A stretch of 63,464 bases of DNA, counting the filler, from Cercozoa sp. M6MM (Eukaryota > Protista > Endomyxa: Ascetosporea): assembly GCA_040357565.1 (NCBI GenBank). It is 8 parts of 8 records of this genome, joined end to end, with 100 filler letters (N's around TTAATTAATTAA, not from the genome) between each part and the next. Parts side by side here need not be neighbours in the genome. Positions count along the whole stretch, not along the records: positions 1 to 29,511 come from JBDODJ010000134.1; 7 more parts are not named here. One strand, 5' to 3'. Numbering within the stretch: position 1 is the first letter of the stretch; every line of letters begins with the position of its first letter. The notes beneath the pieces were generated by a model. The model was not told the DNA's origin. It did not search any database and saw only the letters and a list, made by a program, of their open reading frames with translations. Both the position numbers and the translations under genes were made by a program. Positions 12,528-25,715 of this stretch are shown piece after piece.

Positions 12528-15332
12528 ACGCCTTTAGTTGATTTGTCTTTGTGTATTCGGGATAGTGTGTATATTCTACATCGACGATGTGCACAGGACG
12601 ACGACGACGACTACGAGCCGATGTTTCTCGCCTGTGCTCTGTGCGAACGCGACGGCGGAGCGAAACTTTGCGCTTCGTGCAATCGTGGCTTTCACGCACA
12701 GTGCTACGTCAAGTACGTGCTTGAGCACAAGGTACTTTCATTTGTGCTTTTCGCTTTAATTTTCGCTTTGATTTCGCGGGGCTTTTCGCTTTGATTCTCG
12801 CTTTGCTTTCTTTGATTTCGTTTTGATTTTCGCTTTGTCTTGATTTTCGCTTTTGTTGAGTTTGTTTGTAACTTTGTGGCAGCAATCGCCGGCAAAGCTC
12901 GCGGTGGCGCAGGTGGAACCGATCGCGAAGGAGGCTTTCGACGAGGAGAGCGAGAAGGCGTTTCTCGAGCGTTTCGTGAAGTGTCGCAGTTGCCACGTGA
13001 CGCAGCAGCACGAGTGGAATCCGAGCGAGGCGAATGCACAGCTGCGACGTGAGTGGGGTCACGTGTGCCACATCTGCCTCTCCTCGGAGCCGAAGGTAGA
13101 CGCGAGCTTTAGTTTTACCCCCCCCCCCCCCCTCTCTCTCATCTCTCCCTCACCTCCCTATCCTCAGGAGGACGAGTGGCCCTCGCACTGCCAGATGGAA
13201 AACTGTCCCTTCTTTTTCCACGCGTCATGCATCATAGAGCAGCATGGCCCAGTGACGCCAAAGTCCGCCAAAGCGAAAGGACGAAACAAGCTGCGCACAC
13301 GGTCCAAGTACAGAGTCAGCGGCACCGACATCGCGTGCTGTCCCATGCACCACTGCCACCAGTGCGGCAAGAACAAGTGCGTTGCTTTTCTCGCTTTTTA
13401 GCTTTGTTTCAAGGTGCTTTCGCTTTGATTTCGAAGTGCTTTCGCTTTGATTTCGAAGTGCTTTTCGCTTTAATTTCGAAGTGGTACGCGTTTTGCTTTT
13501 CTGAGAGCAGGGACGAAGGAAAGGCGATTTTGATGTCGTGTGCACGGTGCTGTCTTACCGCGCACTTTCGCTGTCGGCAGGACGCTTTTGACACGGTACT
13601 TTAGATATCTGTGTGGGTGTGGGAGAAACGCTGATATGCGAGCAGGTCGGAGGTGACACGTCGCTGGTCAAGTGTCCTCCGCGCACGGTGTGCAAGCGGC
13701 ACCATATCGAAGCAGACAATGTTGTCATGTCAACTTACGGTAAGCTTCGTTGAGTTGCGATAAGTTGGATTGAGCCGAGTTTGTCGTTTTTTCAGGCACG
13801 GACCGAGAGCGACTAGACACGGCGTTGGAGTTTCCGCGCGGACTGTCGTCTCTTGTGCTCGAAGCGATCGAGAGCGTGCCGAGTCTCGATGCTTTCGGTC
13901 GAGCTCTGGCGCAGAGAGTCTCGATGCCAACGAGCTGCTTGCTTCGGCAGGATCGCATCATGTGGAACGAGGAGCGCGTGCCGCTCGACAAGATCTACTT
14001 CAGTCCCTTTGGCGGTGGTGCCAGCTTCCCGCTTTGGCACCTTGATTCTGAAGACATCGACGAGTTGTGCGACGTAAATCTCCTTTTGTTTTTTGCAATC
14101 TACTTTTTGCGTTTTGCTTGAAAACCAAAAGTTGAGTGCTTTGAGCAGCAACATGAGTCCACTTACCTGGCGCACATCCTTGAGAAGTTAGAGTTCAAGC
14201 CACTCAAAAAACTGTTGGAGCGCTTTAACTTGGTAAACAAAAAAAAACACACTTGTTCGTGCAAACAGTCTTGTTCATGATTTAAAAATTTACCCTTACG
14301 ACGTTTAATTCTTGAACAGGCATCGAGAAGACGGCTTTACCGTCAGTTGGAGTCTGTGAAGCATGATGTAATCTTGGTCTGGCGGTGTGTTAGCGTGTGG
14401 TCGTTGTTGATTTTGTTTTAACTTGCTTTGATTCGATTTGTTGATTTAGTGAGCTTCCACTAGCTTTAACTAACTTTGACTCACCGTTGGCTTGCCTAAA
14501 CCTCGTTTTGTGTTTGTAGTTACGCAAGAGGGACGGCGACGCGCGAAAGGCGCGACGTGCTGCGCAACGCAAGGCGCGAAAACTGCGCGAGAAGCAGCTG
14601 CGCGAAATGCGCGATTCCGCTTCCTTCGGCGAAAGCGAAAGTGAAAGCGATGAAGAGGTAGCGTTGTTGCCTCTGTATCTCAGCCCTTTGTACAAAACGA
14701 GAAGTCTCAAGTACTTTGATTGCTGAGCAGGGCGAAACCTCTGAAGAAGAGTTCGTGGATATCGACGAGTCACCCGACACTTTTGGAAAGTGCGTTTCCC
14801 TCGCGCTCAACTCTGACCGCAACTTAACGAATCGCGACTCGACTCACTCACTCTATTTGTAGGTACGGAAAGTTGAAGCGCCTGCAGTACAAGAAGCCGC
14901 TGTCGCGTCCTAAACACATGGAGCCTGTAGCTTTATCTTCTGGGGCAGGGGGGAGGGGGTAAAAAGAGCGGTAAGAGGGTGTATGCTGGGTGCAGGACGC
15001 CTGCAGCTGCCGGGCAGCCGACGCAACGACGACGATGCGAAGCGGGCGAATTTCGCGACGCGTACAGGGTACCAGCAGCAGGCGCGACACAGAGAACTGC
15101 TGCTCGGACAAACGGTGCTTCAACTTTGCTCTGTTCAACGAGTGCGGTGCCGAGTGTCCGGCCGGGGCGCAGTGCCGCAACAAGCGACTCAGCAACGCCG
15201 AGTACGCCGACGTCGTGCTGATCCAGAGCAGTCGACGCGGAGTCGGCGTGCGACTTCAAAAAGCCGTCCAGCGCGGCGATCTTATCGTCGAGTATCTCGG
15301 CGAATGGTACTCTCCTTTCCCCCCCCCCCCCC

Positions 15333-15392
<60 letters not shown>

Positions 15393-15492
15393 NNNNNNNN
15401 NNNNNNNNNNNNNNNNNNNNNNNNNNNNNNNNNNNNNNNNNNNNNNNNNNNNNNNNNNNNNNNNNNNNNNNNNNNNNNNNNNNNNNNNNNNN

Positions 15493-15549
<57 letters not shown>

Positions 15550-16397
15550 CCCGCACTCATACTCCTTGGGCAGTATCGATGCGGCGGAATCGAAACGTCG
15601 CATGGCAGCGTGCATCGCAAGTGGCGCCTCGAATTTCTACATGTTCAAAGTGTCGGCCAACTTGTTTATCGACAGCACGCGCAAGGTAGACACTTCCTCC
15701 TTACTCCCTTACTCCCTTACCGCCTTAGCCCCTTACCCCCTTACTCTCTTACCGCCTTACTCCCTTACCGCCTTATCCCCTTACCCCCTTACCGCCGTAT
15801 CCCCTTACTCCTTACTCCCTTACCACCTTCCCCTATAATAGGGAAACTGGTCGCGTTACTTGAACCACGCATGCGGCGGCGGCAACTGTCACGTTGAACG
15901 ATGGTAGCGTTTTGCCCCTTACCCCCCCCCCCCCCTACTCCTACCCTCGGACAGGCGTGTGGGCGGTGAGACACGGATCGGCATCTATGCCAGCGAGGAC
16001 ATTGAGGCAGGCGAAGAGTTGACCTACGACTACCAGTTTCAGACACTCGGCGAGGCACTGCAGCCTTGCTACTGCGGCGAGGTTGCCTCCCTTCACCTTC
16101 TTACCCCTCCCCCTTTACCTTTTTCCCTTTGCCCCGTCCGTACCCCCTTTACCCTTCCTTACCCCCTTTACCCTTTCCTTACCCCCTCCCCTTCCTCTCT
16201 CGCAGGAGTGTTGCTCGGGCTTCCTGGGCAAGCCGCCGAAGCAGGAGAAACACTTTGCTCTTCTTGACACCGAGAGTGACTCAAACAGTGACTCTGATAG
16301 TGATGGTGACTCTAACGGCGACTCTGACAGCGACTCTGACTCTGAAAGTGACAACGACTCGGACTTGCGCCGAAACAAGCGTCGGCATATCAACTAA
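12194..16397 (+). CDS. NSD/ASHR3-type histone H3K36 methyltransferase (tandem PHD-like fingers, AWS, SET, post-SET)
   Basis: PHD-like fingers [115 protein letters not shown]. Post-[16 protein letters not shown]. Confidence 0.9.
15337..15546 (+). repeat. (CT)n microsatellite with a 100-N gap
   Basis: Directly visible. Confidence 0.95.
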
Positions 16398-17039
16398 AAA
16401 ACTCGACTGGTTTGGCGTGTCGAATACATCGCATATGTTACCGTGCGGTATAAACCAGTAACTGAGGAGGTATCAAAGACGACTAAATAAAGGAAGCGTT
16501 AACGCCGGTTAGAAAGACGTCGAAGTGGGGGACCCTTATAGAAAAGGTCGTAGAAAGCTTGGGCGAAGCTCCTTAGAGGAAGCTGCAGTCAAAGTGCGCG
16601 AGCTGTAGAAAGCTGGACCCGAGCTAGAAAGTCAGGTCTGCTAATCAACTTTGCACAACACTTGACTAGTATGTAAACTTAATGCAGGATAGCTAGCAAA
16701 ACAAAGTCCCTCATCTATCCGCATTGGTTCAGATTTGATCGTCCGCGCTGGCGAGCAGTCAGATGACAGACTTGGTTGACAGCGAAACGCTATGCCGCAC
16801 CACATACGTGCGCCGCGCCCACTCAACTGCGCATGCGGCACTCATTGACTGAGCTGTCACTCACGTCAGCACTTGCCGACGAAAGGAACCAAATAAAGAA
16901 ACAAAACAGAAGGTTTTCTATTGTCGTAGCTGCTCTAATTGTATTCCAGAGTCTGCTTATAGTGCTTTGTCTCGGGTCGTCGGTCGAGTTTGCCACGCAA
17001 TGGTCGTCAAGTTTCGCTCTGTCGCCGGTTGCCAGCATT

Positions 17040-17855
17040 TTAGACCTGTTCGTCCGTGTCAGTGGGTTTTGCAGTAACGGCGGTGGTGCCGCTAACGCCA
17101 CCGTCCGGGCCCTGGCGAATCATGAAGACGCACATCAGAACGCCAAAGAACGACATGAACATGTTCGCCATGCCTTTAAGGGGAAGCAAACAATTAAAAA
17201 GCTACTGGATAAAGTCGAAGTTGAAGTGAAAGAATGTAAACTTATGTACTGGAGTTGAAGGCGTCAATGTCGGACGGAGAGACCGTGGAAGACGTCAGCT
17301 CGCTTCCGGCGTGAGCAGTGGCCGCCAACCACCAGATCGTGCTGTTACCGTACAGTAAACAGTGAGTACACGAATGTTCAGTACAAACGATAGAATACCC
17401 AACGGCAAATGTAGCAGTGGCGCCCTTCATGAGACCGACTCCCTGCTTCCACGTGGCAACCCCCATCAAGGCGACAGCTGAAACAATGTCCAGTATCAAC
17501 ACAGAGACGAACATACTGTCGAGAGGGTAGCAAATAAACAAAGTCAGAGCTGTACCAGTAAGGCTAATCAACGAGGCGAGTAGCATCAGTGGCCAAGCTT
17601 GAGCCTTCAACTTGTCGTTGACCTTGTCGATAGACTTCTGGAGCTCCTCGCAACCAGGAATTTCGGGGATACAATTCAATTGATTCGACTTGATCGCCGT
17701 GTGCAGGTCGTCAATGTGCACCCACTGCATACAGTGTGTTTAAAGTGCGAAAACCTGGCACAGGGGCCCGACGTATACACATGGGTGCGCACATGAGGTA
17801 AATTAACTAGGGGAACGTACTGCTATGATGGTGCAAATGAAGTTGACCAACCTGC
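17040..17855 (-). CDS. Hypothetical multi-pass membrane protein; 5' end uncertain
   Basis: ORF 17242..17730 has hydrophobic helices and splices to a last exon MANMFMSFFGVLMCVFMIRQG...DEQV*. Confidence 0.55.
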
Positions 17856-18364
17856 GCATGACATCATCGCGTTGATATTTCACCCGAAACGCAACGATAT
17901 TGTTTTACATAATCGAGACGGGGCGTGCATCTGTGATCTGCAGTACAGTACATCTGCAGTAACAACTTTAAAAACGACGGGAAGGGAGTGCGACATACCG
18001 GGTACATGACGGAAGGCGAGAGCGGAGGCGCTAACAGTAACAGCAGTCTTGCAACGAACTATAACTATGGCAAACAGGTGGCAGTGTTAGAGTACAATGC
18101 AAACAGGTGATACAGGACAAAATAAAGGACGGTTGCAACACGGTGAAAAATCGCGTGTCAGTGTTTCGAACCATCCGAACCTGATCAGTTACGTCATGGC
18201 GGAAATTGATTCAGCCTGCGGTATCGCACACGGTCGGGTTTCGCGTCGCGCACAGAAATCTGTATTATTGTTACACTAATGCTGTCTTAACGTTCGGTTC
18301 GGAAGTAAGAGCTTTCGTTTTGCAAAGAAGCAAAGAAACGAATTAAAAACGGCGGGAGCTCAAT

Positions 18365-18898
18365 TCACTCAGGCGTTGCCGCTTCAGGCGCGTCTACAGT
18401 GGACTTCTTTGCGTTGGCTTGTGCGAGTTGGGCACGCTTCTGTTCGAGGAGACGCTCGATCCGCTCCAACTCCTCCTGCGGCCACAGTCAGGTTGTCCCA
18501 GCGGATGAAAAAGCGAGAAAAGTACAAAAGATAAAACTGACCTGGTGCTCGCGTTGTCTCTCATACTCAAGCTTGCCGACTTCAAGTTGGTAGACAAAGG
18601 ACGGGAACATTGTCTCGAACTGAAAAACAAGCTCACAAACCAGTGCCCTTTCAAGAAACGTGGTTGGGAGAAACGCACATTGGCGTACATGCCGACCACG
18701 ACGCCGACAAACACCCAGAATACCAGTGGACCAGCCCTGCATTGTTTTCATGAATCCCTGGGTGGATATAACACGTCTTTCGCAAGACAGGTTGCACCAG
18801 CGTGGCTTGCCGCCCGGAGGCACTTGCGAAGTCGCCGCCTGTTCGGCCTCGATCGAAAATGCGCGCCGTTGCACGAATCGGCGCAAGTGTGACTGCAT
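18365..18898 (-). CDS. Small single-pass, probably mitochondrial protein with C-terminal coiled coil
   Basis: Four exons splice in frame: MQSHLRRFVQRRAFS (presequence-like)...W|AGPLVFWVFVGVVVGMYAN|FETMF...REHQ|EELERIERLLEQKRAQLAQ...PE*. Confidence 0.65.
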
Positions 18899-19805
18899 AA
18901 TGCTCTAACCCACAGTAACACACGTCTGATCACGGTACTGTAGCGCTGACAGAGTCCAACACTGCGCAGCAGAGTCCAACCAAAAACTGTAGCGCTGACA
19001 GAGTCCAACAATCGGTTCAAGTTTCAATTTTTGGTTGGTTCTTAGATATAACACATACTTTTTTGGATTTTGTTCGTATGGTGTTGCTTAAGATAGCGAT
19101 TTGAGTAACGAGATAGCGGTCAGATTATGTATTATGGCGGTCTAGAATAATCTGCAGATTATAAGCAGCGAGACATCACAGTGTAGCGACACAAGGATTC
19201 CAATCATACCACCGATTTGGCAATTCGTCTTCAGGAACAAACAGGCATTATTTGCCAGTGATGTAGTTACAGGTGGCAAGCAGCTTGGGTATTGCCACTC
19301 AGCAGCTGACTGTAGGAGGACGTGGTGCAGACGCCATAAAGTCCCGAAGCACATTGCCCAATAAAAACACCCGGCGTTCTGTCTGCTTGAAGCTGGCCAG
19401 GATCGCAGGCGGCGCAGACGGTTTGACTGATTCAACTGTCGGCACAGGCCATCCCAAAGGCGCACATCGAAGAGCTCCAGGTTTTTACGAAACACATCTG
19501 ACGAGAGGTGAAGCACCGAGAATAGTTATCGTTGCACTCCAAGCCTATAAATACACCAGCGTGTTTTGGGATAGAACAAAAGGGTTCGACACTTGATTGG
19601 AACAGCACCATCGCCACACGATCTGTCTGCACGGCTAGGATTTCCCAGATCTGGTCAGTTCTGTCAATTTACCTGGTTGTTTTGGTTGTTCAGCCTGACA
19701 CTGCGAGCGCCGACACTGGCTGACCGACAACACTTCAATTCCAGTTCTTTTACTTTAGTTTTTAAAATGTACTAAACTTAACTCAGTAAAACTGCAATCA
19801 AATGA

Positions 19806-20278
19806 TCAACTTCGAGCCTTCATTAGGATCCATATCGCCAAGGCCACGACAAGCACCAAAGCGAGAAACTACTAGTATAGTGACCAGGTCAGTCTGTGAA
19901 AGCCGTGAAAACAGCCTGAGTGTTGTACAGGTACGTACCAAAGCTACTTGCTTCGCATGTTTCCACAGCCAAAGACGACGAAGCTCATCGCCTCTTCGCT
20001 CATAGCTCTCAGCTGCTCATACCGCCAGTCCATGGCCAGTCGGGGGAATTCGAAATTAAGCAGTTGATCTTTGAGGTACCCACTTCTTCAAGTTCGTCGA
20101 CGTTTTCTTCGATTCGGTCGATTTCCGTCGACCTTTGGTTCGCGACGTTAATGTTGCGTTGCGCTGATGATCTCACCTCGCGGATATCTTCCTGAATGTC
20201 TAGGATGGCTCTGTCATCACCCGTGCTTTTATCTTTTTCGCTCCTACTTTCTCTGTCGGTGCTTGCAGAACCAACCAT
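19806..20278 (-). CDS. VAMP: Short R-SNARE (synaptobrevin/VAMP)
   Basis: IQEDIREVRSSAQRNINVANQRSTEIDRIEENVDELEEV|AESYERRGDELRRLWLWKHAKQVAL|FLALVLVVALAIWILMKARS*: SNARE heptad with zero-layer Arg, W-x-W-K juxtamembrane motif and C-terminal TM helix. Confidence 0.8.
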
Positions 20279-20505
20279 CACACTTAAATAAGTCCACTGT
20301 CTTGCTCCATGCCAGTGACCTTAACTTTAAAAACTCTCGAGCATCGCAAATCAAAAGTCCGATCAATCACGTGGGTGGCGCGATCGCTGTTGAAAAACTA
20401 AAAACTGACTCATAGCGAAACAACCTTGTTTCAGTTTCAGTTGTTGGAGAGAGACTCACTCGATGGGATTTCCTTTTGACACAGTGCAAGTAGAGCCTAC
20501 GATCC

Positions 20506-21497
20506 ATGTGGGTCTCTGTGCTTGTGCTAGCAACTACGGCTTGCTTCGTAAACATTGCGGCTCAAAATCAAAACGAGTCAAGCGTGCAAAATCAAGAGGT
20601 GCGGGGTGAATTGCGATTGCACGAGACTTATGCTGTAAGCTGGAGCATTGCAGAAGAACGTTTGCATCTCACGATTCAGTCCGCATTTGGAGTCTCCATG
20701 AGCAATAACGCTTGGCAGCAACGATGGGTGGGCTTCGGAATCGGAGAGCCAACGTCGGGCTCCATGGCAGGCAAGCCTATGTTTCGACTTTCGTTCTCCC
20801 ATGATGAACGATGAACTCAATGAGAAATAGTCAACACTGCAGGCAGTGACATCGTGCTATTGGTGTGGAGTGAACAAGAACAAGCGATGGTGGCGCGAGA
20901 CTTCTTCACGGAGCACTTCGCAATGCCTGTTCCTGACGAAGGCGATGGCTTCTTCGATTGGTGCGTTTTTGATATTCATCCAGCGCCACCAGGAATATGT
21001 GTGCTCCAGGGAGGTAGAAAGCTGGGCAGTTTACGCCAACGATGAAGGGAGCGCAGAGCTGCTCGCGACAGTTAGTCGCGATTTGGACACCGGTGCTTTC
21101 AACGACCGTGAGATCAAACACGGCCAGTCTCGCATGTAAATTTACACACTTTTCTGACAAAACGGAGCTTGCATTTGCCAACACTACATTTGCCTGTGTC
21201 AATTTAGCATCTGGGCACGAGGCACATTCTTCTGGGTCGGTGACACCCTTATCTTGACTAAGCATGCCGACCAAGACAGAAGCACGAGTGTGCTCTATTG
21301 GTGGCCCGACGAAAAGCCTGCGGCAGCAGCGGACGTTGCGCACGAGATCTTGGTTCGGAGTGACACTATGTACGAGATGCCAAGTGATGTTGACACTGAC
21401 TATAGGTACAGTATTCGTTCATTTTCAGTCTTTAGCAAACTGCCTTTCATTTAAAATTATACACTCAGTTTATACAAACTGATGTATACATATATAT

Positions 21498-21537
<40 letters not shown>

Positions 21538-23240
21538 CCTGGGTCTAAAGTTGCCAAGCCTTTGACTTGCACCTTGAGTCGTTCTTGGGCAACGAAACTG
21601 CGCAAGTGGTCGAAATTGAGCTCACTCCGTACCCTGCCGAAATCATACCCCACCTGCACCACGTCATTGTCTACTTGTGTCAAGGTAGACTTACATCTCG
21701 TTTCCTAGAATAAAAGGAACAAATACTGCGAGCCGTGCTGTACTGTTACCCCCTCGGAAGGTGACAAACCGGAGTTCCACATGCGAGACTCCTGTAGCTC
21801 ACCGATCGGACTGTTCGATGATTCCTGCAGCGAACCCGTCTTCTTGTGGGCCTTTGGCGACAACACGTACACACTCCCGAGCAACCTTGGGTTCTCTGTC
21901 GGCGCGAATTCTTTCTCGCACCTTCTCATTGAAACACACTGTAAGAACTCTCCTACAGTACTAAAGGGGCAAGTCTGGAGGGTGATCATGAGTGCATTCG
22001 GTTGTTGAAATTGCGCAGTGGACAACCCTGGATTCGTGAGCGGCAAAATGGACGGAACCTATCTTAAGGTGCGGATTAATTCACCAGAGACCCGACGGCC
22101 TGAGAACGCTCTCGTTCTTACGTTTGCTGATCCTTTCGTCGCGAGTGAACTCGGTACTTTCACTCCATCCTGAGTCTGTGTGTTTCGCGTATTTGTGCTT
22201 CAAGTCGGTTGATACTTTACCTTGAAGCTATGGCTCCCAACACGCGTCACATGCTGCAATATGACTGTCCTTCTGAGTGCACCGAGAGATTGTACCCTTC
22301 TTTCACTATCAATATCCACACTTTAATGATCTGTGTTCAACTCCCCCAGGGAGCAGCCAATCACAGTATTTGGAGTCAGTCAGCACATGGTACACTTGCT
22401 CTTTCGTGAACTTACTTCACACTGCGTACTGTTTGGTATCAGCACGCGACTGGCTCGATGATATGGTCTGAGATGAAGCGCGCGTATCACATCTCGCACG
22501 CATACTGATGTCACTTGAATAAACTTGGGTTTGACTCGTGCTCGAGTGCAGTGGAGAAGACGAATGGAACGAAATCGAAGGCACTCGTATCGAATACTAC
22601 GCGTAAAGTCAACTCTTTTCTTTCTTGAATTTACTGACCTAACGCTATCGTATGCGTGTGTTTGCTGGCCAGGTTCGGGAAGCAGAACTTGTTGCCAGCA
22701 AATCTCACGATCAATCCTGGCGACGCTTTCCGAACAGTTTGCTTTTTCGACACTGCCGGTCGAACCAGCGACACCTTCTTTGCCGATGGCTCACAAGACG
22801 AGGTAACCCGTGCACTTAGATCGTGTTCCTGTATCTTTACTGGAGGTTAGCCTTTTGTTGTAAACTTAGATGTGCATCACATTCTTGTACACGTATCCTC
22901 CCTCGCACGGAGTGCACTTTGGGGGTACGTTTCATTTAGAACTTTCGACCTGGTTTGATTTGTTCCTGAAACAAGCCTTGTGTCTGTGTTTAGAGGAGCC
23001 CTTTGTTTTCTGTGGCCTGAGTCCCAACCCCGAGTACTTCGAAGAACTCACCAATGTGTCGCTTGTTCACTACGCCGATACTATTTGCGGGGTAACCTCC
23101 TTGCCCGGGATACGTCTCCCTCCGATCAAACTCAAATTCGGTCTTTATCACTCCTCTTTGGGCACAGTCTAGAGACATCGACGAATCCGATTTTCTTGGT
23201 ACGATCGTTTGGTTTTCCTGTCGACTCAAACACACGATAG
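20506..23240 (+). CDS. DOMON + copper type II ascorbate-dependent monooxygenase (DBH/MOXD1-like)
   Basis: Signal peptide; DOMON WVGFGIGEPTSGSMAGSDIV. Copper ligands LHHVIVYLC, LLIETH|..DNP, QHM|H and GSQDE|MC. Also FLWAFG and TINPGDAFRTVCFFDT. Confidence 0.88.
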
Positions 23241-23721
23241 TGGTACTTGCACCAATGATCAGAAGGGTACAATACACCCGATCAAGTCAACGTGCCGATT
23301 GACGAGGGCGAACCCGACAGCATCCGAAAGCGAAAGTACGCTTCCGGGCCGAGATAAATCATCTCTGTCCGACTCGATACTCCACTGGCATGGAAATGCA
23401 CGACAGCTGCAGTGTACGGTACCGATGGTCGATCGGATTACGACCGAACGCGTGCTAGAGTGGTAGCTGACGTTGTTATAAAATACCGTATCCGATCGCG
23501 CTCACTGTACATGTGCGGGGACCGTACGTGAACTACCGCGACGCGAGTCGAGTCAAAGTCAGTTAAATCCACTGCTGCGTGCTGTAAATGTGACGTAGGA
23601 GAGTCCATTGACCCTCACGTTTGTGTTGCGTGCGATCTCGTCGCGCCCTCGTTGCAGAGGATATAGCAACACCAGACATCTTTTTCTTTCAATTTGTTGA
23701 TACAATTTTGTTGCGTCACAT

Positions 23722-25331
23722 TTATTCGCACTGAAGCAGAACTGTTCGAACAGAAACACAGAGGGTTTTTGCAAATAGAATAGGTAAGCTGAGAAAAGAC
23801 GAGGCAGGGAGGCACCTTTCTTTGACTGCTCGTATGCCAGGAATCCAACGGCGTTCGCCAGGAGAGCACGTCCCGCGCACGGCGTGAAACCGCGCCACAG
23901 GCCTGTGCAGCAGGGTACACAAGACATAGGTTAAAGGGACACAGAGCAGGGAGAGCGATCGGTACCCATCCAGCCATCGCGCTGCACGATGAACCGTCCA
24001 CACGACAGGAAACCTCCATCGAAGAAACGCGGCTTGAATCGCCGCTCCACGTCGTGTCGTTGCACTTGGATATTGTTCTATATGGCAATGTGTTTGCGTG
24101 TGTTATGTGCGACAACACTGTCGCGATTTAAAAAACACGGAGGAGGGTGTCTTGTACCTTAATAACGTCCTGCGGGAAGGAGACCAACCACGCGGACAGT
24201 CCAGCGGCCGCACCGGCAGCCATGAGTTTCCACGGCGCCACTTTCCTCACATCGCCGTCGTTCGACAAGAGATACTTGACTACACAGGTAGAAACACACC
24301 TGGTCAATACACAGACACCTCGATGTCTGACAAGTTACCCTTTTCGTAGACGTAAAATTGCGCAGCGTAGGCCGGCACTTCGCGCAGAATCGTTGGTACC
24401 ATACCACTGCGGGGGGAGGGGAGGGTAAAGGAAAGAAAAGCCAGGGTTAGAAGTCAAGGAAAAAGTGGTATCGAGGTGCTACAATCCAAGCGCGCGAACA
24501 CCGCCATGTTTGACAGTCTGTACGGCACAGTCGATCGGGCCGTTGTAGCCACCTTTGCCCTTCTGCACCTGGAGACGCGACTTGATCAACTCTTGCGGTC
24601 CCACGATCAAGCAGTTGATCAAACCGGCATATGCACCGGCGAGGGACACCTCCGACGGTGTCAGTCGTCGGTCTGTACCCATACCCATACATACACGTGC
24701 ATAGGCAAATACAGAGGGAGTGGGAGGGTTGGGGGACACTACCTTCACCATCCTTGAGCAGGCGCTTGCCGTGCTCGTAACTCGCAAACACCACGGCATT
24801 GATCAGCGGCGTCGTTGTCAGTGGACTGCCCATTCCTTTGTACACTGACAACACACCTTCCGTGCGTGCCTACAAGCCCCATCGTACCATATGGTCTGAG
24901 AGAGAGAATATAGACAATGCGTACCATCTGGAGAGTCGTCCGCACAGCGCCGGCTTGAGCAGCCGCTGGCATGGTCTGCACGCGCACCTTGATCGTGTCG
25001 AACGGATGTCCCACAAGGCAGATCGCTACACCTGCTATCGTTCCAGCTGCACAGACCAGGGACAACTGACCGAGCATTCCCCAAGTGAAACACAACGCAA
25101 GTACCTGCCAGGTCCTTCGCCACCGTGAGTTCACCCAACTCGTAGCTCGTGCTTTCCCCGTCGTACACCGCCACATCGCCTCTACATTTAGGTCGCATGA
25201 GGAGGGAAAGAAACCACGAAGCGACAAGCGGCAGCACAACAACGAAACTGACTCGAAAAGGCGAATCTCTTTGCAAAATCTGACACGTGACGAGCCAGCG
25301 CATGCAGTAAAACATACGAATTCGTCGCCAT
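23722..25331 (-). CDS. SLC25 mitochondrial carrier (carnitine/acylcarnitine or basic amino-acid type)
   Basis: AGTIAGVAICLVGHPFDTIKVRVQ, YKGMGSPL...NAVVFASYE, GPQELIKSRLQ, GLWRGFTPCAGRALLANAVGFLAYE. Confidence 0.92.
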
Positions 25332-25715
25332 ATGAGGCACACACAAACAGGGCAGCTCCTTGCAACGCCTGGGAGCCGCTAGTTTCGGCGCGCGACAGCA
25401 CCCGCACCAAAAAGCGTATTTCTGGCCAGATCGATCAAGGTTAGGCATGTGGTCGCACAAAAGTTCACGCTCATCTTCTGGCTGCGCTGAACTTAGAGAT
25501 ACAGCCGACATCTAGTAACAGTAGAACACGTAGAAATGACATTTGAACAATTTAGGGAGACTTAGGCGACCGATGTCACCAAGTGCGCGAAACGCTGGTT
25601 TCGCGCAGCCGCGCGGATGACTTGACTCATGTGACGAAAAGAAAAGGGAGGACACGCAAGCAGAAAACACACGAAACCGTGTTAGCTGCCCGGTTTTGCA
25701 AACGTTGGTGCTTGC

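Noticed and set aside
16776-17258. 160-aa plus-strand ORF with a hydrophobic segment
   Set aside because: It has a non-ATG start, overlaps the spliced minus-strand gene and has no recognisable motif; not supportable, though not excluded.
23270-23560. Possible structured RNA or ribozyme between convergent genes
   Set aside because: No hammerhead, tRNA or snRNA consensus was found by eye; an Infernal scan would be needed.
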